From: Thermodesulfobacteriota bacterium
Lineage (GTDB): Bacteria; Desulfobacterota_D; UBA1144; Nemesobacterales; UBA2774
Direction of reading: 5' to 3'
NCBI GenBank assembly: GCA_965216785.1
Contig: OZ244197.1
Span: 2,752,001 to 2,816,000 of the forward strand
DNA length: 64,000 nt
The translations under genes and the position numbers were made by a program. Numbering within the stretch: the first letter of the stretch is position 1; each line of letters begins with the position of its first letter. Below are positions 28,031 to 37,830 of this stretch, one piece after another. The notes under the pieces are model-generated. The model did no database searches. It had not been told where the DNA came from and saw nothing but the letters and a program-made list of their open reading frames with translations.

Positions 28031-29598
28031 GGTTTATTGTACCTAAGCGCAAGCATGGTGATGTCGTCAGATTGCGGGGTCTCTCCAGAGAATCTCTGCA
28101 CGTCCTCAAATACATAATTAATGATACCTTGTGTGTCAGAAACGGCTCTATTTTTAAGAAGCTCATCCAGGCGCTCATCTGAATACTGGTTGTTGTCTCC
28201 GTCCATAGCCTCGGTAACGCCGTCTGTGTAGAGGAATAAAACATCGCTTTTCTCAAATGTTCTAGCTGAGCTTACATACTCTGCGTCATCCATTACACCA
28301 AGGCACATACCGCCTTTGTTATCGAGCATCTCGACGCCCCCGTCTTGGGACAGGAGATAAGGGGGGTTATGGCCCGCAGAGCAGTAAGTGAACTCGCCGG
28401 TATGTATATCGAGCATACCGAAGAATAGTGTTACGAACATACAGGCATCGTTGTCTTTTGAGAGTTCTTTATTTACCTTTTCAAGCACTTGCGCCGGTGA
28501 TAGCTCGGTAGAAGCCGTGGCCTTGATTAAGGTTTTAGTTACGGCCATAAAGAGCGCCGCCGGCACCCCTTTTCCGGAGACGTCGCCTATGACGACAAAA
28601 AGCTTATCTTCTATGGGCTCGGAAGTGGCGTTATCGCCCTCGGGCTCTAAGAAAAAGAAATCGTACAGATCGCCGCCAACTTCTTTTGCAGGCACGATTT
28701 TGGCGTCGATATCTATTTCTTTTACGTGCGGGAACGGGGGAAAATGCTGAGGGAGTATGCTGAGCTGAATCTCGCGCGCTACGTTAAGCTCTCCTTCGAT
28801 ACGCTCTTTTGCCGCGACGGTCTCAGTGAGGTTTTTGATAGACTCTGAGAGCTTTTTTTCCATATGTACGAACGAGCGGGCAAGATCGCCAATTTCGTCT
28901 TTGGAGCTCCGCGCAATAGGCTCTATCTCCGCGCTGAGCTTATCTATGTCTGAGATGTCCGAGAGATCGGATTGCGCAAGCTTGGACGCATTATCGGCAA
29001 GGGTATTGAGAGGAGATGATATCCTGCCGATAAGGAGATAGCTGAGCGCGATGGTAAGGATGAATAATATGAAAATTAGTATCTGCTGCTTTAGGACGAT
29101 AGAAATTATCTGGCCTCTTATGATGCCCCGGTCCATACCCACCATAACGTAACCTGCCACACCGCCCAGAACGGGGGATGTGATATTGAGGAAATCCCCG
29201 ACGTCGTCATAAGTTAGAGGGAGGATTTCACTGTTTGAATTAAGATACGTACTATCAAGCCGCTCTGATAGCTCAGCTACCTGAGCGGGAATGCCGGGCA
29301 CGAAAGTATGTGAGACAATATCGCCTGTGTTGTCCACAATTACTATATAGGCAACGCCCAGGATATTCAGGTATTGATCAATGACGGACTGAAGGGTCGC
29401 GGGCTCGCTGTTGATCAGCATATCCACACTCGAATCTGACAAGCTGAGAGCAATGGAGCTGCCCTTGGCTTTAAACTCGTCGCTCAACCCCTTGTAAATA
29501 TTCCAGCCCGAAAGGGCGGAGGTCGCGGTAGCAACGATGCCGAAAAGTATGATCATTATAATGAGCGTTTTTTTAAATAGTCTCGACATTTGTATCAC
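28027..29598 (-). CDS. Membrane HAMP-domain SpoIIE/PP2C phosphatase (RsbU-like)
   Basis: Two transmembrane segments, HAMP (DEIGDLARSF), VGGDLYD, GDVSGKG, YTDGVTEA, DDIT motifs. Confidence 0.9.
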   Translation of the reverse strand: MIQMSRLFKKTLIIMIILFGIVATATSALSGWNIYKGLSDEFKAKGSSIALSLSDSSVDMLINSEPATLQSVIDQYLNILGVAYIVIVDNTGDIVSHTFVPGIPAQVAELSERLDSTYLNSNSEILPLTYDDVGDFLNITSPVLGGVAGYVMVGMDRGIIRGQIISIVLKQQILIFILFILTIALSYLLIGRISSPLNTLADNASKLAQSDLSDISDIDKLSAEIEPIARSSKDEIGDLARSFVHMEKKLSESIKNLTETVAAKERIEGELNVAREIQLSILPQHFPPFPHVKEIDIDAKIVPAKEVGGDLYDFFFLEPEGDNATSEPIEDKLFVVIGDVSGKGVPAALFMAVTKTLIKATASTELSPAQVLEKVNKELSKDNDACMFVTLFFGMLDIHTGEFTYCSAGHNPPYLLSQDGGVEMLDNKGGMCLGVMDDAEYVSSARTFEKSDVLFLYTDGVTEAMDGDNNQYSDERLDELLKNRAVSDTQGIINYVFEDVQRFSGETPQSDDITMLALRYNKP

Positions 29599-29604
29599 TC
29601 GAAA

Positions 29605-30885
29605 TTACTTGAAAATACTCCAGTCTTTTATGGGAACGTAGCGTCCGTTTTCGGCCGTATTGTAATAGACTCTGCTCAGGCCCTGATTATTATCGGCGCT
29701 GAAAGAAACATACTCTCCTAATCCAATATCGTAGTCTGAAATATTCTCCACAGTACGCTTAATTTCGCTTTTATTCTGCTCGCTCCCGAGCCTCTTTAGC
29801 ACTTCGACCAACAGCTTCGCGTTAAGAAAACCCTCGAAGCTTACAAATCCGTAATTGTCTTTTTCATTTTTCGCGATGTGTGAGTGGGCGCTCGTGCTAT
29901 CCACAGTCTCCGGCATACGGTGTGTATACTCGGCCACGAGGTCCCTGTATTCCATGACTGCGGGAATGGAGGTGTCCAGATAATTTGGTACGACTTCTGA
30001 ATTGATTAAATTCCGGGTGTAGTCTTTTGAGTTTTCCCGACCTGCTTTGAGAAGAAGATCGAGCATACTCTCACTGCCTACGAAAGAAACGTTTGCGATG
30101 GGCACATCGAGGCCCCCTTCCCTTGCGTCCCGGATAAACCCGGCGCTTGCCTCATACGCGCCGATCGAGATGACGGCGTCGGGGTTTGCTTGCTTTATTA
30201 TATCGACCTGCTCATCGAAGCTCGATTCAAACTCGGCTCCCCTTCGGTAAGTAGCTTCTGCCACTATGTCGAGCCCGTAATTATCGAGCGCTTTCCTGAC
30301 TCCGTCCCACCCGCTGCGCCCGTAGGCGTCGGCCTGATAAAACACAGCTATTTTAGGCTTTCCGATCTTGACGAAATTATTCACGAGACCCTCTGTCTCC
30401 TGAATGTAAGAAGGCCTCAAATTAAAGACATAATCTTTATACGGCGCTCGTCTTTGAGGCTCCGCCCCGGTGAATGGGAAAAACAGGAATATCTCTTTAT
30501 TTTCATAAATTTTTAGAACCGGGAGAGCCCTTGTAACTGTAGGGGTGCCGACGTAACCGATTAGTAGAAATACGTTATCCTGATCGATGAGCTTTAGCGT
30601 GTTGTTAATCGCCGGAAGGGGATTGTAACCGTCGTCGTAGGCAATTAGCTCGATCTTTTTGCCGTTAACGCCGCCGTTTTTATTAACATGATCAAAATAG
30701 GCCATCATCCCGTTGTATAGCTCGTAACCAAGCTCACGAGAGGGGCCCGAGAAAGCGGCGGACATTCCGATGAGGATTTTATCATCTTCCTGAGCATAGG
30801 ACGATATGCTAAATAGCATGCATATAATATATATAACTGATATTAATTTATGTGCAGGCTTCATATCTTCAGACCGATAGCGCAT
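29605..30885 (-). CDS. Periplasmic type I (LivJ-like) substrate-binding protein
   Basis: Signal peptide; IGMSAAFSGP, GGVNGKKIELIAYDDGY, GYVGTPT motifs. Confidence 0.85.
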   Translation of the reverse strand: MRYRSEDMKPAHKLISVIYIICMLFSISSYAQEDDKILIGMSAAFSGPSRELGYELYNGMMAYFDHVNKNGGVNGKKIELIAYDDGYNPLPAINNTLKLIDQDNVFLLIGYVGTPTVTRALPVLKIYENKEIFLFFPFTGAEPQRRAPYKDYVFNLRPSYIQETEGLVNNFVKIGKPKIAVFYQADAYGRSGWDGVRKALDNYGLDIVAEATYRRGAEFESSFDEQVDIIKQANPDAVISIGAYEASAGFIRDAREGGLDVPIANVSFVGSESMLDLLLKAGRENSKDYTRNLINSEVVPNYLDTSIPAVMEYRDLVAEYTHRMPETVDSTSAHSHIAKNEKDNYGFVSFEGFLNAKLLVEVLKRLGSEQNKSEIKRTVENISDYDIGLGEYVSFSADNNQGLSRVYYNTAENGRYVPIKDWSIFK

Positions 30886-31025
30886 GAACGGCAGTGCAGC
30901 CGAGCGTTTGGTACAACTCAGAGATTAACATACTTGATTTTTCTAAATATATATCGGACAGAGCAATTAGCCAATTATGTTTATCAGATAATCCCGGGGT
31001 GAAAGCTTTTAGTGAATAAGGGAGT

Positions 31026-31373
31026 TCAAGCGGGAATTTTCAAGGCTTCTAAGGCTTTTTCATACTCGTGCTCTATGGGCATGATTTTATCAAAGCCCGA
31101 GGTTTTAAGGACTTCTTCGACATCGGGATGCGGTTTAAGCAGCACGACTTTTGCGCCGTTTTTATCTAGAGCTTTCGCAGCTTTGACCAACATACGCAAA
31201 CCTATAGAGGCTAAGAAATCCACATCTGCGATATCGACTAAAACGGGTCTTTTGCGTGTAACGGTCTGGCGCGTAAACTCCCAATCTAGATCACCGATAC
31301 CCTGAAGGTCGACTCTACCCGAAAGCGCAATATGGGTAAATTCCGGGCTTGCGTTTACGAGGGTCATTTCCAA
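31026..31373 (-). CDS. STAS-domain anti-anti-sigma factor
   Basis: LSGRVD and VDFLASIGLRML (phosphorylatable Ser) motifs; TTG start after AGGAG. Confidence 0.85.
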   Translation of the reverse strand: MEMTLVNASPEFTHIALSGRVDLQGIGDLDWEFTRQTVTRKRPVLVDIADVDFLASIGLRMLVKAAKALDKNGAKVVLLKPHPDVEEVLKTSGFDKIMPIEHEYEKALEALKIPA

Positions 31374-31400
31374 AAGACTTAAGCTCCTAGGAAGGTTTTA

Positions 31401-31742
31401 TCATTCAAGCTCTGTAGCGCATGAATGACAGCGATCCGTGTATGGCAGGGCTTCGAGTCTTGCGACTCTGATGGGTCCGTCACAGACGGCGCACGTGCCG
31501 TACTCGCCATTATCTACGCGGGCCAGAGCCGCATAAATCTGATTGAGCTCAACACGTATATTGGATCCGAGCGCTTCCACTACCTCTTCATTCTCACGCT
31601 CCTGTGCCTGCTCACTCCAGTCCTTTGCATGAGTTTTTCTGAGTGAAGCATCGACCCTTTCCAGGCGCTCTTCAAGCTCATCTTTTTTTGCGTTCAGCTT
31701 TTCTATGAGAGAATCAATCTCTTTCATGATCAACTCCGGCAT
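31401..31742 (-). CDS. TraR/DksA family C4 zinc-finger protein
   Basis: DWSEQA coiled-coil tip; YGTCAVC...RLEALP...CHSC. Confidence 0.88.
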   Translation of the reverse strand: MPELIMKEIDSLIEKLNAKKDELEERLERVDASLRKTHAKDWSEQAQERENEEVVEALGSNIRVELNQIYAALARVDNGEYGTCAVCDGPIRVARLEALPYTDRCHSCATELE

Positions 31743-31932
31743 TTACGGATTGAATACATAAATATCATAACATATGCACGACCGAGTTCCAGACCCGTAG
31801 TATAAGAAAATTACTTATTAACAGCTATAATCTAAGATGTATGGAAGACAAACTCCGCCTGCAATATTTAAAGAAACGGGCGGACTTGGTAATTATGGTT
31901 TATAAGAGATTGGCGGTTGTTAGCCGGTTTAA

Positions 31933-32217
31933 TTAAAAAACCTGAAGTATGGTTCTTTTGAAAAGCGGGTTAAGCTCATCCATTGAGTTATCCCTGATCA
32001 TCCAGCAGTCTATCTGCTCGCTATCGTTGGTTAATACGAGGTTATAACCATTGTCCTTACCCCATAACATCTGGTTCTTTAAGAGCTCATGATCCTTCTG
32101 CTCTTCGTCATCCAGAAAATCAAGCGGCTTATGAAGTGTGTCTTTTTCGATCTGACCGATGTAGATGCTTCTTGAATAGGAGCTTCCGTGATTGTCTAAA
32201 TTCTCTTTATTTAACAT
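31933..32217 (-). CDS. Hypothetical protein
   Basis: 94-aa ORF with GGGGTG SD-like sequence; no recognised motif. Confidence 0.55.
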   Translation of the reverse strand: MLNKENLDNHGSSYSRSIYIGQIEKDTLHKPLDFLDDEEQKDHELLKNQMLWGKDNGYNLVLTNDSEQIDCWMIRDNSMDELNPLFKRTILQVF

Positions 32218-32350
32218 ATTTCACCCCAAAACTGGAAATCACTAAAATTTTTGCTGCACAGATACTATAAGTATGAATCCTCTCATTTCAAGAGGGGATT
32301 TTAAAATTCTCCCGAAATTATTGCAATTTATTGATATTCTTCACAAGACC

Positions 32351-32677
32351 CTAACAAGGCTCGCTTTTCTGACAGGACGCGACGCAGTTATCTTCCAGCT
32401 TAGGTCTACAGCACTGGGCCTGGGTATCTATGTTCAGACAGCAGCACTCGTCTTTGGTGCAGGTCTCGCTGCCGCATTTATTGTTGGCAGTGAGTATTGC
32501 GGCATCTGACGTGAGATCCAGGTATGGGTAGTCCGCCTGAGTGGCCTCAAAATCGATGAACTTAAGGTCAAGCGGCTGTGTGGAAATAGCTGTTTCGTTA
32601 TTTACGTAGACGAATCCGCCTACTAAGAAAAGTATTAGAGCTGTGTTTAGTAGAAGCAATTTAACCATGTTTGACAT
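32351..32677 (-). CDS. Exported small protein with 10-Cys C-terminal domain
   Basis: GGAGGA SD; N-terminal hydrophobic segment; C-terminus CGSETCTKDECCCLNIDTQAQCCRPKLEDNCVASCQKSEPC. Confidence 0.7.
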   Translation of the reverse strand: MSNMVKLLLLNTALILFLVGGFVYVNNETAISTQPLDLKFIDFEATQADYPYLDLTSDAAILTANNKCGSETCTKDECCCLNIDTQAQCCRPKLEDNCVASCQKSEPC

Positions 32678-32914
32678 TTTTTATTCCTCCAATAAGGAGT
32701 ATAAGGTTTAAATGGGTGTAGTCAATGTGATTTTATAGGGATTTTGATTGGTGTGGCAGGAGATAGTTAAAATTTCACATCAAGCTATTTGGTATAATAT
32801 TACGGATAAAATATTGTAGTCGGGTGCGCAGGCAGCGGCCCAAATCCCTAAAACTATATATGTCTTTTCAGAAAGCTAATATTATTAGAGTCAGAACCAA
32901 GACCAGGACCGGAA

Positions 32915-33988
32915 ATGGCCGAGCTAGATAATGTGAGTGTAGACGCGGTTGTTGTAGGCGCTGGAATCGGAGGTTTGACTGCCGCTCGCAATCTATGCGC
33001 TCAAGGACTTTCCGTGGCGGTTCTGGAAGCCCGGGACCGGGTCGGGGGCAGACTACTATCAATTTCCGAAAGCGGTGTACTGCTGGACCTGGGAGCCACA
33101 TGGTTCTGGCCGAACGAGCCGCGGATCACAGAGCTCATTAATGATCTTGGCTTGGCAACCTTCCCACAGTACATTTCCGGAGACGCGATGTATGAAACCC
33201 CCGAGGGTGTGCAGCGGCTCGCGGGAAACCCGATCGATGTCCCATCGGGCAGATTTTTAAACGGGGCTCAGGAATTGGCGCAGGTCATAGCCAAAGGACT
33301 GCCGAGCGGGGTTGTCAGGTTTAATCAGCCAGTATTTAAAATCGTAGCGACAAGAGATGGGATACAGGCACACACTCCAAGCGGCATCTATTCTGCTGGT
33401 AATCTCATTCTAGCGGTTCCTCCTGCTCTTGCTGTTTCTTCTATCGAATTTAATCCGGCACTACCGGTAAAACTTTTTGAATTAGCCAAAATTACACCTG
33501 TATGGATGGGGGCTATTACCAAGGTAGTGGCCCAATACTCTGAGCCGTTTTGGCGCAGAGACGGACTCTCGGGATCGGCAATCAGCCATGTTGGCCCTAT
33601 GCGGGAGATCCATGACATGAGCGGACCGGAATGTGACCCGGCAGTACTGTTCGGCTTTGCAACTAGCATGGCAATTGGCGAGCCAACAGTAACTGCTGAG
33701 AAGGTACTAGATCAAATGACCGCACTCTTTGGCCCCAAGGCTTCCAAGCCAGAGCAGCTGCGTATAAGTGACTGGCGGCAGAAACGTTTCACCTCTCCAC
33801 CCGGTGTAGAGCGTCTTAATTCCTATGAACTGTTCGGCCATTCCCTCTACGCTACGCCGACACTTGGCGGGCGTCTCCATTGGGCATCGACGGAGACTGC
33901 AACAGAGAATCCCGGACATATAGAAGGGGCGCTTTCCGCAGCGGATAGAGCAGCAAACGCTGTTATCAAAGAGATAGAAACCCTATGA
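32915..33988 (+). CDS. Flavin-dependent amine oxidase family protein
   Basis: VVGAGIGG..A, LEARDRVGGR, DLGATW, HWASTET...GHIEGA motifs. Confidence 0.88.
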   Translation: MAELDNVSVDAVVVGAGIGGLTAARNLCAQGLSVAVLEARDRVGGRLLSISESGVLLDLGATWFWPNEPRITELINDLGLATFPQYISGDAMYETPEGVQRLAGNPIDVPSGRFLNGAQELAQVIAKGLPSGVVRFNQPVFKIVATRDGIQAHTPSGIYSAGNLILAVPPALAVSSIEFNPALPVKLFELAKITPVWMGAITKVVAQYSEPFWRRDGLSGSAISHVGPMREIHDMSGPECDPAVLFGFATSMAIGEPTVTAEKVLDQMTALFGPKASKPEQLRISDWRQKRFTSPPGVERLNSYELFGHSLYATPTLGGRLHWASTETATENPGHIEGALSAADRAANAVIKEIETL

Positions 33989-34054
33989 GTACAAATAGTT
34001 CAAGTTAAGTTAGCATATGCGAGGAGTGCCAGCCGCTATTAATGTCGTAAACAT

Positions 34055-34253
34055 TCACTCTTCGAGAACCTCAGAGTGAGCGGGTTTATATCCGAGATTC
34101 TGAAACAAGTTCAGAATGACAAGTGAATCACCCCCATCCTGACTATTTTGGTTTCGGCAATTATGTGCCCGGTCTTTAGTTACTTGTGAGGCTTTGCTTA
34201 AAGGAGATCTGTTCCTCGCTCGCTCGAAACAGTCCCCCATCAATGGGGAAGGA
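34055..34253. repeat. Mosaic cluster of REP-like palindromes with a nested insertion
   Basis: TCACTC-TTCGAGAACCTCA-GAGTGAGCGG, GAGATTCTGAA-ACAAG-TTCAGAATGACA, and an ATCACCCCCATCC...TCCCC/GGGGAAGGA element split by ~90 nt. Confidence 0.65.
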
Positions 34254-34346
34254 ATCTAGCCTTGACTAGCCGTAGCCTTAAGGTAGCTTAACGGCAGTTA
34301 TTTTGATGTTATTTCAATCGCTTAAACTGAAGGAATTACTAATAAT

Positions 34347-35447
34347 ATGGGACTTAAATGCGGAATTGTAGGGCTTCCCAATGTGGGGAAGTCAACGCTG
34401 TTTAACGCGCTCACCAACGCGGGCGCTGAAGTGGGAAATTTCCCCTTTTGCACTGTTGAGGACAACGTGGGTGTAATACCTATCGCGGACGACAGGCTGC
34501 ATAAGATAGCGGAGCTGGTGCAGCCAAAGAAGATTACACCGACTTTTCTTGAAGTGGTCGATATAGCGGGGCTCGTGAAAGGGGCGTCTGAGGGTAAGGG
34601 GCGTGGGAACGCGTTTCTCGCGAGCATAAGGGAAGTGGACCTGATCCTGCACACTGTCAGGTGTTTTACAGATGAGAACGTCTCCCACGTGGAGGGCTCA
34701 AACGACGCTCTAAGGGATATTCATATAATAGAGGATGAACTGCTGCTAAAAGACCTTGAGACAATAGAGAGGCGGGAGGAGAGACTCACTTCACAAGCGA
34801 AGAGCGGTGACAAAGCCACAAAAGATAAGCTTCAGATTGTAACAAGTTTACGAGAGTTCGTGGAAGAGGGAAATAAGGTCCGGAACTTCCCACTTGACGA
34901 TCAGTCGCGAGAAGTAGTAAGGGAGATGTATCTTCTTACCGGCATACAGGTGATGTACGTATGTAATGTGTCAGAAGAGGATATCCCTGACGCTGAGGGT
35001 AACGAAGAGGTCCAGAAAGTTAAGGAGTACGCCGCTAAAGAAGGCTCGGAAGTGATAGTTCTTTCCGCGAAAATAGAGGCCGAGATCGCGGAGCTCCCAT
35101 ATGCGGAGAAGAGGATGTTCCTCGAGGACCTGGGGCTCGAGAGCTCGGGAATGGACAGGCTGATAAAGGCCGCATATGTTAAACTCGGTCTTATTACATT
35201 TTTCACTCAGGGGCCAACAGAAGTAAGAGCCTGGACTGTGAGGAAAGACTCCAAAGCCCCACAGGCAGCCGGGATTATACACTCTGATTTTGAGAGGGGG
35301 TTTATTAGGGCGGAGACAGCGAGTTTTGAGGACTTTGTCGAAGCAGGCTCTGAAGCAGCGCTAAAAGACGTTGGGAAGATGCGCTCGGAAGGTAAAGATT
35401 ACACAGTGAAAGACGGTGATATAATACTCTTCAGGTTCAATGTATAA
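34347..35447 (+). CDS. ychF: Redox-regulated ATPase YchF
   Basis: GIVGLPNVGKSTLFNALT, NFPFCT, DIAGLVKGAS, IHSDFERGFIRAE, DGDIILFRFNV. Confidence 0.96.
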   Translation: MGLKCGIVGLPNVGKSTLFNALTNAGAEVGNFPFCTVEDNVGVIPIADDRLHKIAELVQPKKITPTFLEVVDIAGLVKGASEGKGRGNAFLASIREVDLILHTVRCFTDENVSHVEGSNDALRDIHIIEDELLLKDLETIERREERLTSQAKSGDKATKDKLQIVTSLREFVEEGNKVRNFPLDDQSREVVREMYLLTGIQVMYVCNVSEEDIPDAEGNEEVQKVKEYAAKEGSEVIVLSAKIEAEIAELPYAEKRMFLEDLGLESSGMDRLIKAAYVKLGLITFFTQGPTEVRAWTVRKDSKAPQAAGIIHSDFERGFIRAETASFEDFVEAGSEAALKDVGKMRSEGKDYTVKDGDIILFRFNV

Positions 35448-36543
35448 AGAGATAATAAGACCCATACTGAATAAGTTTGATTCCGAAACGTTTCACGGGC
35501 TTGCTCGTGAATCACTCCATTTTGCCGAAATATCGCAACTTACCCTAAAACTGGTAGAGCTTTTCGCCGACAAGCATAAGAGGTTTGCCGACCCGAGGCT
35601 TCGTACCCATGTAGGCGGGGTAGAGTTTGAGAACCCGCTTATCGTTGGAGCCGGCTGGGACAAAGCGGGTCGCGCCGTAGCGGGGCTATGGCATTTGGGA
35701 TTTGCCGGAGTGGAGGTGGGCTCTGTCCTTGAGCACCCTCAGCCCGGGAACCCGAAACCGCGCCTATATATGGTGTCAGACGGGACCGCTATAAACTGGC
35801 TTGGTTTTAACAGTCCCGGGGTGGATGTTGTTAAGCGCAATCTATCAAAATATAAAGACCACCCGGCGAGGATCGGTATCAGCATAGGAATGAATAGAGA
35901 TGTCCCCCATGATGATTCGCCAAGGGCGCATGCGGTAATCGTGGAAGAGCTTTGCGATGAAGCGGATTACTTCGCGATAAACATTAGCTCGCCTAACACC
36001 CCCGGATTGAGAAAGCTTCAGGAAAAGGGACGCACCATAGATATTGTGCATGCGGTAAAAGAGGCAATGGAAAGGAGCGGACACATAAGGCCCGTATTTA
36101 TTAAAATCGCGCCCGATCTGACCTATGAAGCTGTGGATGATATCATCGGCGTTGCTCTCGAGCACTCTATTGCAGGTATTATAGCCTCTAACACCACAAT
36201 CAATACTGATATTAAAGCAAAATACGGGAATAAATGGCGAAACTCCCAAGGGGGACTCAGCGGGGATGATGTGGATTATAGAAAAATGACTACGGAGATG
36301 ATCGCGCATATCTACCGACAGGCAGGTGATAGGCTTGATATTATAGGAGTCGGCGGAGTTCACGACGCGGAGAGCGCTCTTGAGAAGATAATGGCGGGTG
36401 CAAAAGCGCTCCAGCTGGTTACCGCAATAAGGGGAGAAGGCTCGGCAGTAGCGGGGAAGATAAACCGCGGGATTGTAGAGTTTTTGGAGAAGGAAAAAAT
36501 AGACAATATACAAGAATTAATAGGTATTAGCTCTAATACTTAA
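35440..36543 (+). CDS. pyrD: Quinone-dependent dihydroorotate dehydrogenase (class 2)
   Basis: GAGWDK, QPGNPKPR, NISSPNTPGLR, KIAPDL, GGLSG, IIGVGGV motifs. Confidence 0.92.
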   Translation: MYKEIIRPILNKFDSETFHGLARESLHFAEISQLTLKLVELFADKHKRFADPRLRTHVGGVEFENPLIVGAGWDKAGRAVAGLWHLGFAGVEVGSVLEHPQPGNPKPRLYMVSDGTAINWLGFNSPGVDVVKRNLSKYKDHPARIGISIGMNRDVPHDDSPRAHAVIVEELCDEADYFAINISSPNTPGLRKLQEKGRTIDIVHAVKEAMERSGHIRPVFIKIAPDLTYEAVDDIIGVALEHSIAGIIASNTTINTDIKAKYGNKWRNSQGGLSGDDVDYRKMTTEMIAHIYRQAGDRLDIIGVGGVHDAESALEKIMAGAKALQLVTAIRGEGSAVAGKINRGIVEFLEKEKIDNIQELIGISSNT

Positions 36544-36572
36544 AGTACCTACTTAAACCATCCAAACTTACA

Positions 36573-37277
36573 TTACAACGTCAGCTCTTCAATGAATTTC
36601 CCTGATTTTAGCTCTTTTTCGGTATGATACTCGGTGAACCTGGTGAAGAGCTTTATATATTTGAGCACCTGAGAGAGGTAAACATCCATAGAACCCCTGT
36701 CTTCCAAAAATTCCCTTGAGATTAGGGAGCTATTTTTTTGGGTGCTGCAATTTGCGCAAACCGCCCCTCCCCTCTTAACGCTGAAGTATGATTCCCCGGG
36801 AATGTCGGCCCCGCAGTCAACGCAGCTTGCGAGGCTGGGCTCGTACCCGGAGAGTGAAAGCGCGTCCAGCTGATAACATAGCACTAGAGGTAAGACGCTT
36901 TTTTTTGAATCGAGCTCGCCAAGGGTATTTATTAACAGAGAGAAAAGCTCTTCGTTAGGAGTTTCCTGGGGCAGTACGGCGTCTGTGTACTCGAGCAGAT
37001 AACTCCCCCATGTAAAGAGGTCCAAATCTTCCATGAAGGCTCTGTAAGCCTGGACGGCCTCGACATCATCGATGAGCTTCATTCCGCCCCTGCCTTCTTT
37101 AAAGCTCACGTTTAAATGCACGAAGGGCTCTAAGCGTCCACCAAAGCGTTTCACGCTGTTTTTAGCGCTCCTGGCAAGCCCCGGCACCTTTCCCAAGTCT
37201 TTTGTAAACAGAGATAGGATTAGATCGGCGTCTCTGTAGGGCATCTTTCTGAGAAGTAAGGCTTCAGTCATTGCCAT
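36573..37277 (-). CDS. recO: DNA repair protein RecO
   Basis: EALLLR..PY.DAD.IL..FT...GK...ARSA..S.KRFGG.LEPF; CxxC...CxxC zinc finger. Confidence 0.9.
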   Translation of the reverse strand: MAMTEALLLRKMPYRDADLILSLFTKDLGKVPGLARSAKNSVKRFGGRLEPFVHLNVSFKEGRGGMKLIDDVEAVQAYRAFMEDLDLFTWGSYLLEYTDAVLPQETPNEELFSLLINTLGELDSKKSVLPLVLCYQLDALSLSGYEPSLASCVDCGADIPGESYFSVKRGGAVCANCSTQKNSSLISREFLEDRGSMDVYLSQVLKYIKLFTRFTEYHTEKELKSGKFIEELTL

Positions 37278-37344
37278 AGTGATAGTATTACCGGGAATTA
37301 GAATTTATCTATAGATTACGGGTATTTGGTATGAGTCCCTACTA

Positions 37345-37830
37345 CTACTTCTTCTTCAAGGTTTCCTTAATGAACGATCTCAGAAGCAGCATTTGATCAT
37401 ATGCCAGTTTCTGGCCGGTTAGCGCTATAGCATAGGCGCCTGCAATCAACACGACGGAAAGTGGGACGAGCCAAAACCCATATGCGCTCATTCCCAGAGT
37501 TAGCTGAGAAAAGCCCCAAACCACACCTGCGACGCCTATCAGAATCGCAAAGCCGTAGAAGGTGGCGAACATAGTCCAGATGGAGGAGTGCGGGCCGAGG
37601 AGGCATCTTATTTCTGTCCCCTCTTCCTTCTTTTCTATATCGAGGCTGAGCTCGGGCGACCAGAAGTGACGGTCTTCTTCGGGAACGGATATGACAACCA
37701 GGGGTTTTACAAATTTTCCTTTAATGCGGGCATCCGGTTTGTCTATAGCCGCTCTGAGCTTGTTTAAGACTGTTTCCTTATCCAGAGGAACTGTAAAATT
37801 ATAACGTGGGCGTATGCGTATTCTTTCCAT
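37345..37830 (-). CDS. Hypothetical membrane protein
   Basis: IRPR..F, HFWSPELSL, GP..SIWTMF motifs; two transmembrane segments. Confidence 0.7.
   Translation of the reverse strand: MERIRIRPRYNFTVPLDKETVLNKLRAAIDKPDARIKGKFVKPLVVISVPEEDRHFWSPELSLDIEKKEEGTEIRCLLGPHSSIWTMFATFYGFAILIGVAGVVWGFSQLTLGMSAYGFWLVPLSVVLIAGAYAIALTGQKLAYDQMLLLRSFIKETLKKK

Noticed and set aside
31826-31936. TATAAT followed by short ORFs (31841-31936, 31 aa; 31837 frame, 22 aa) and a TCCGCCTG/CGGGCGGA hairpin
   Set aside because: No -35 box or SD, two competing frames, no distinguishing protein features.
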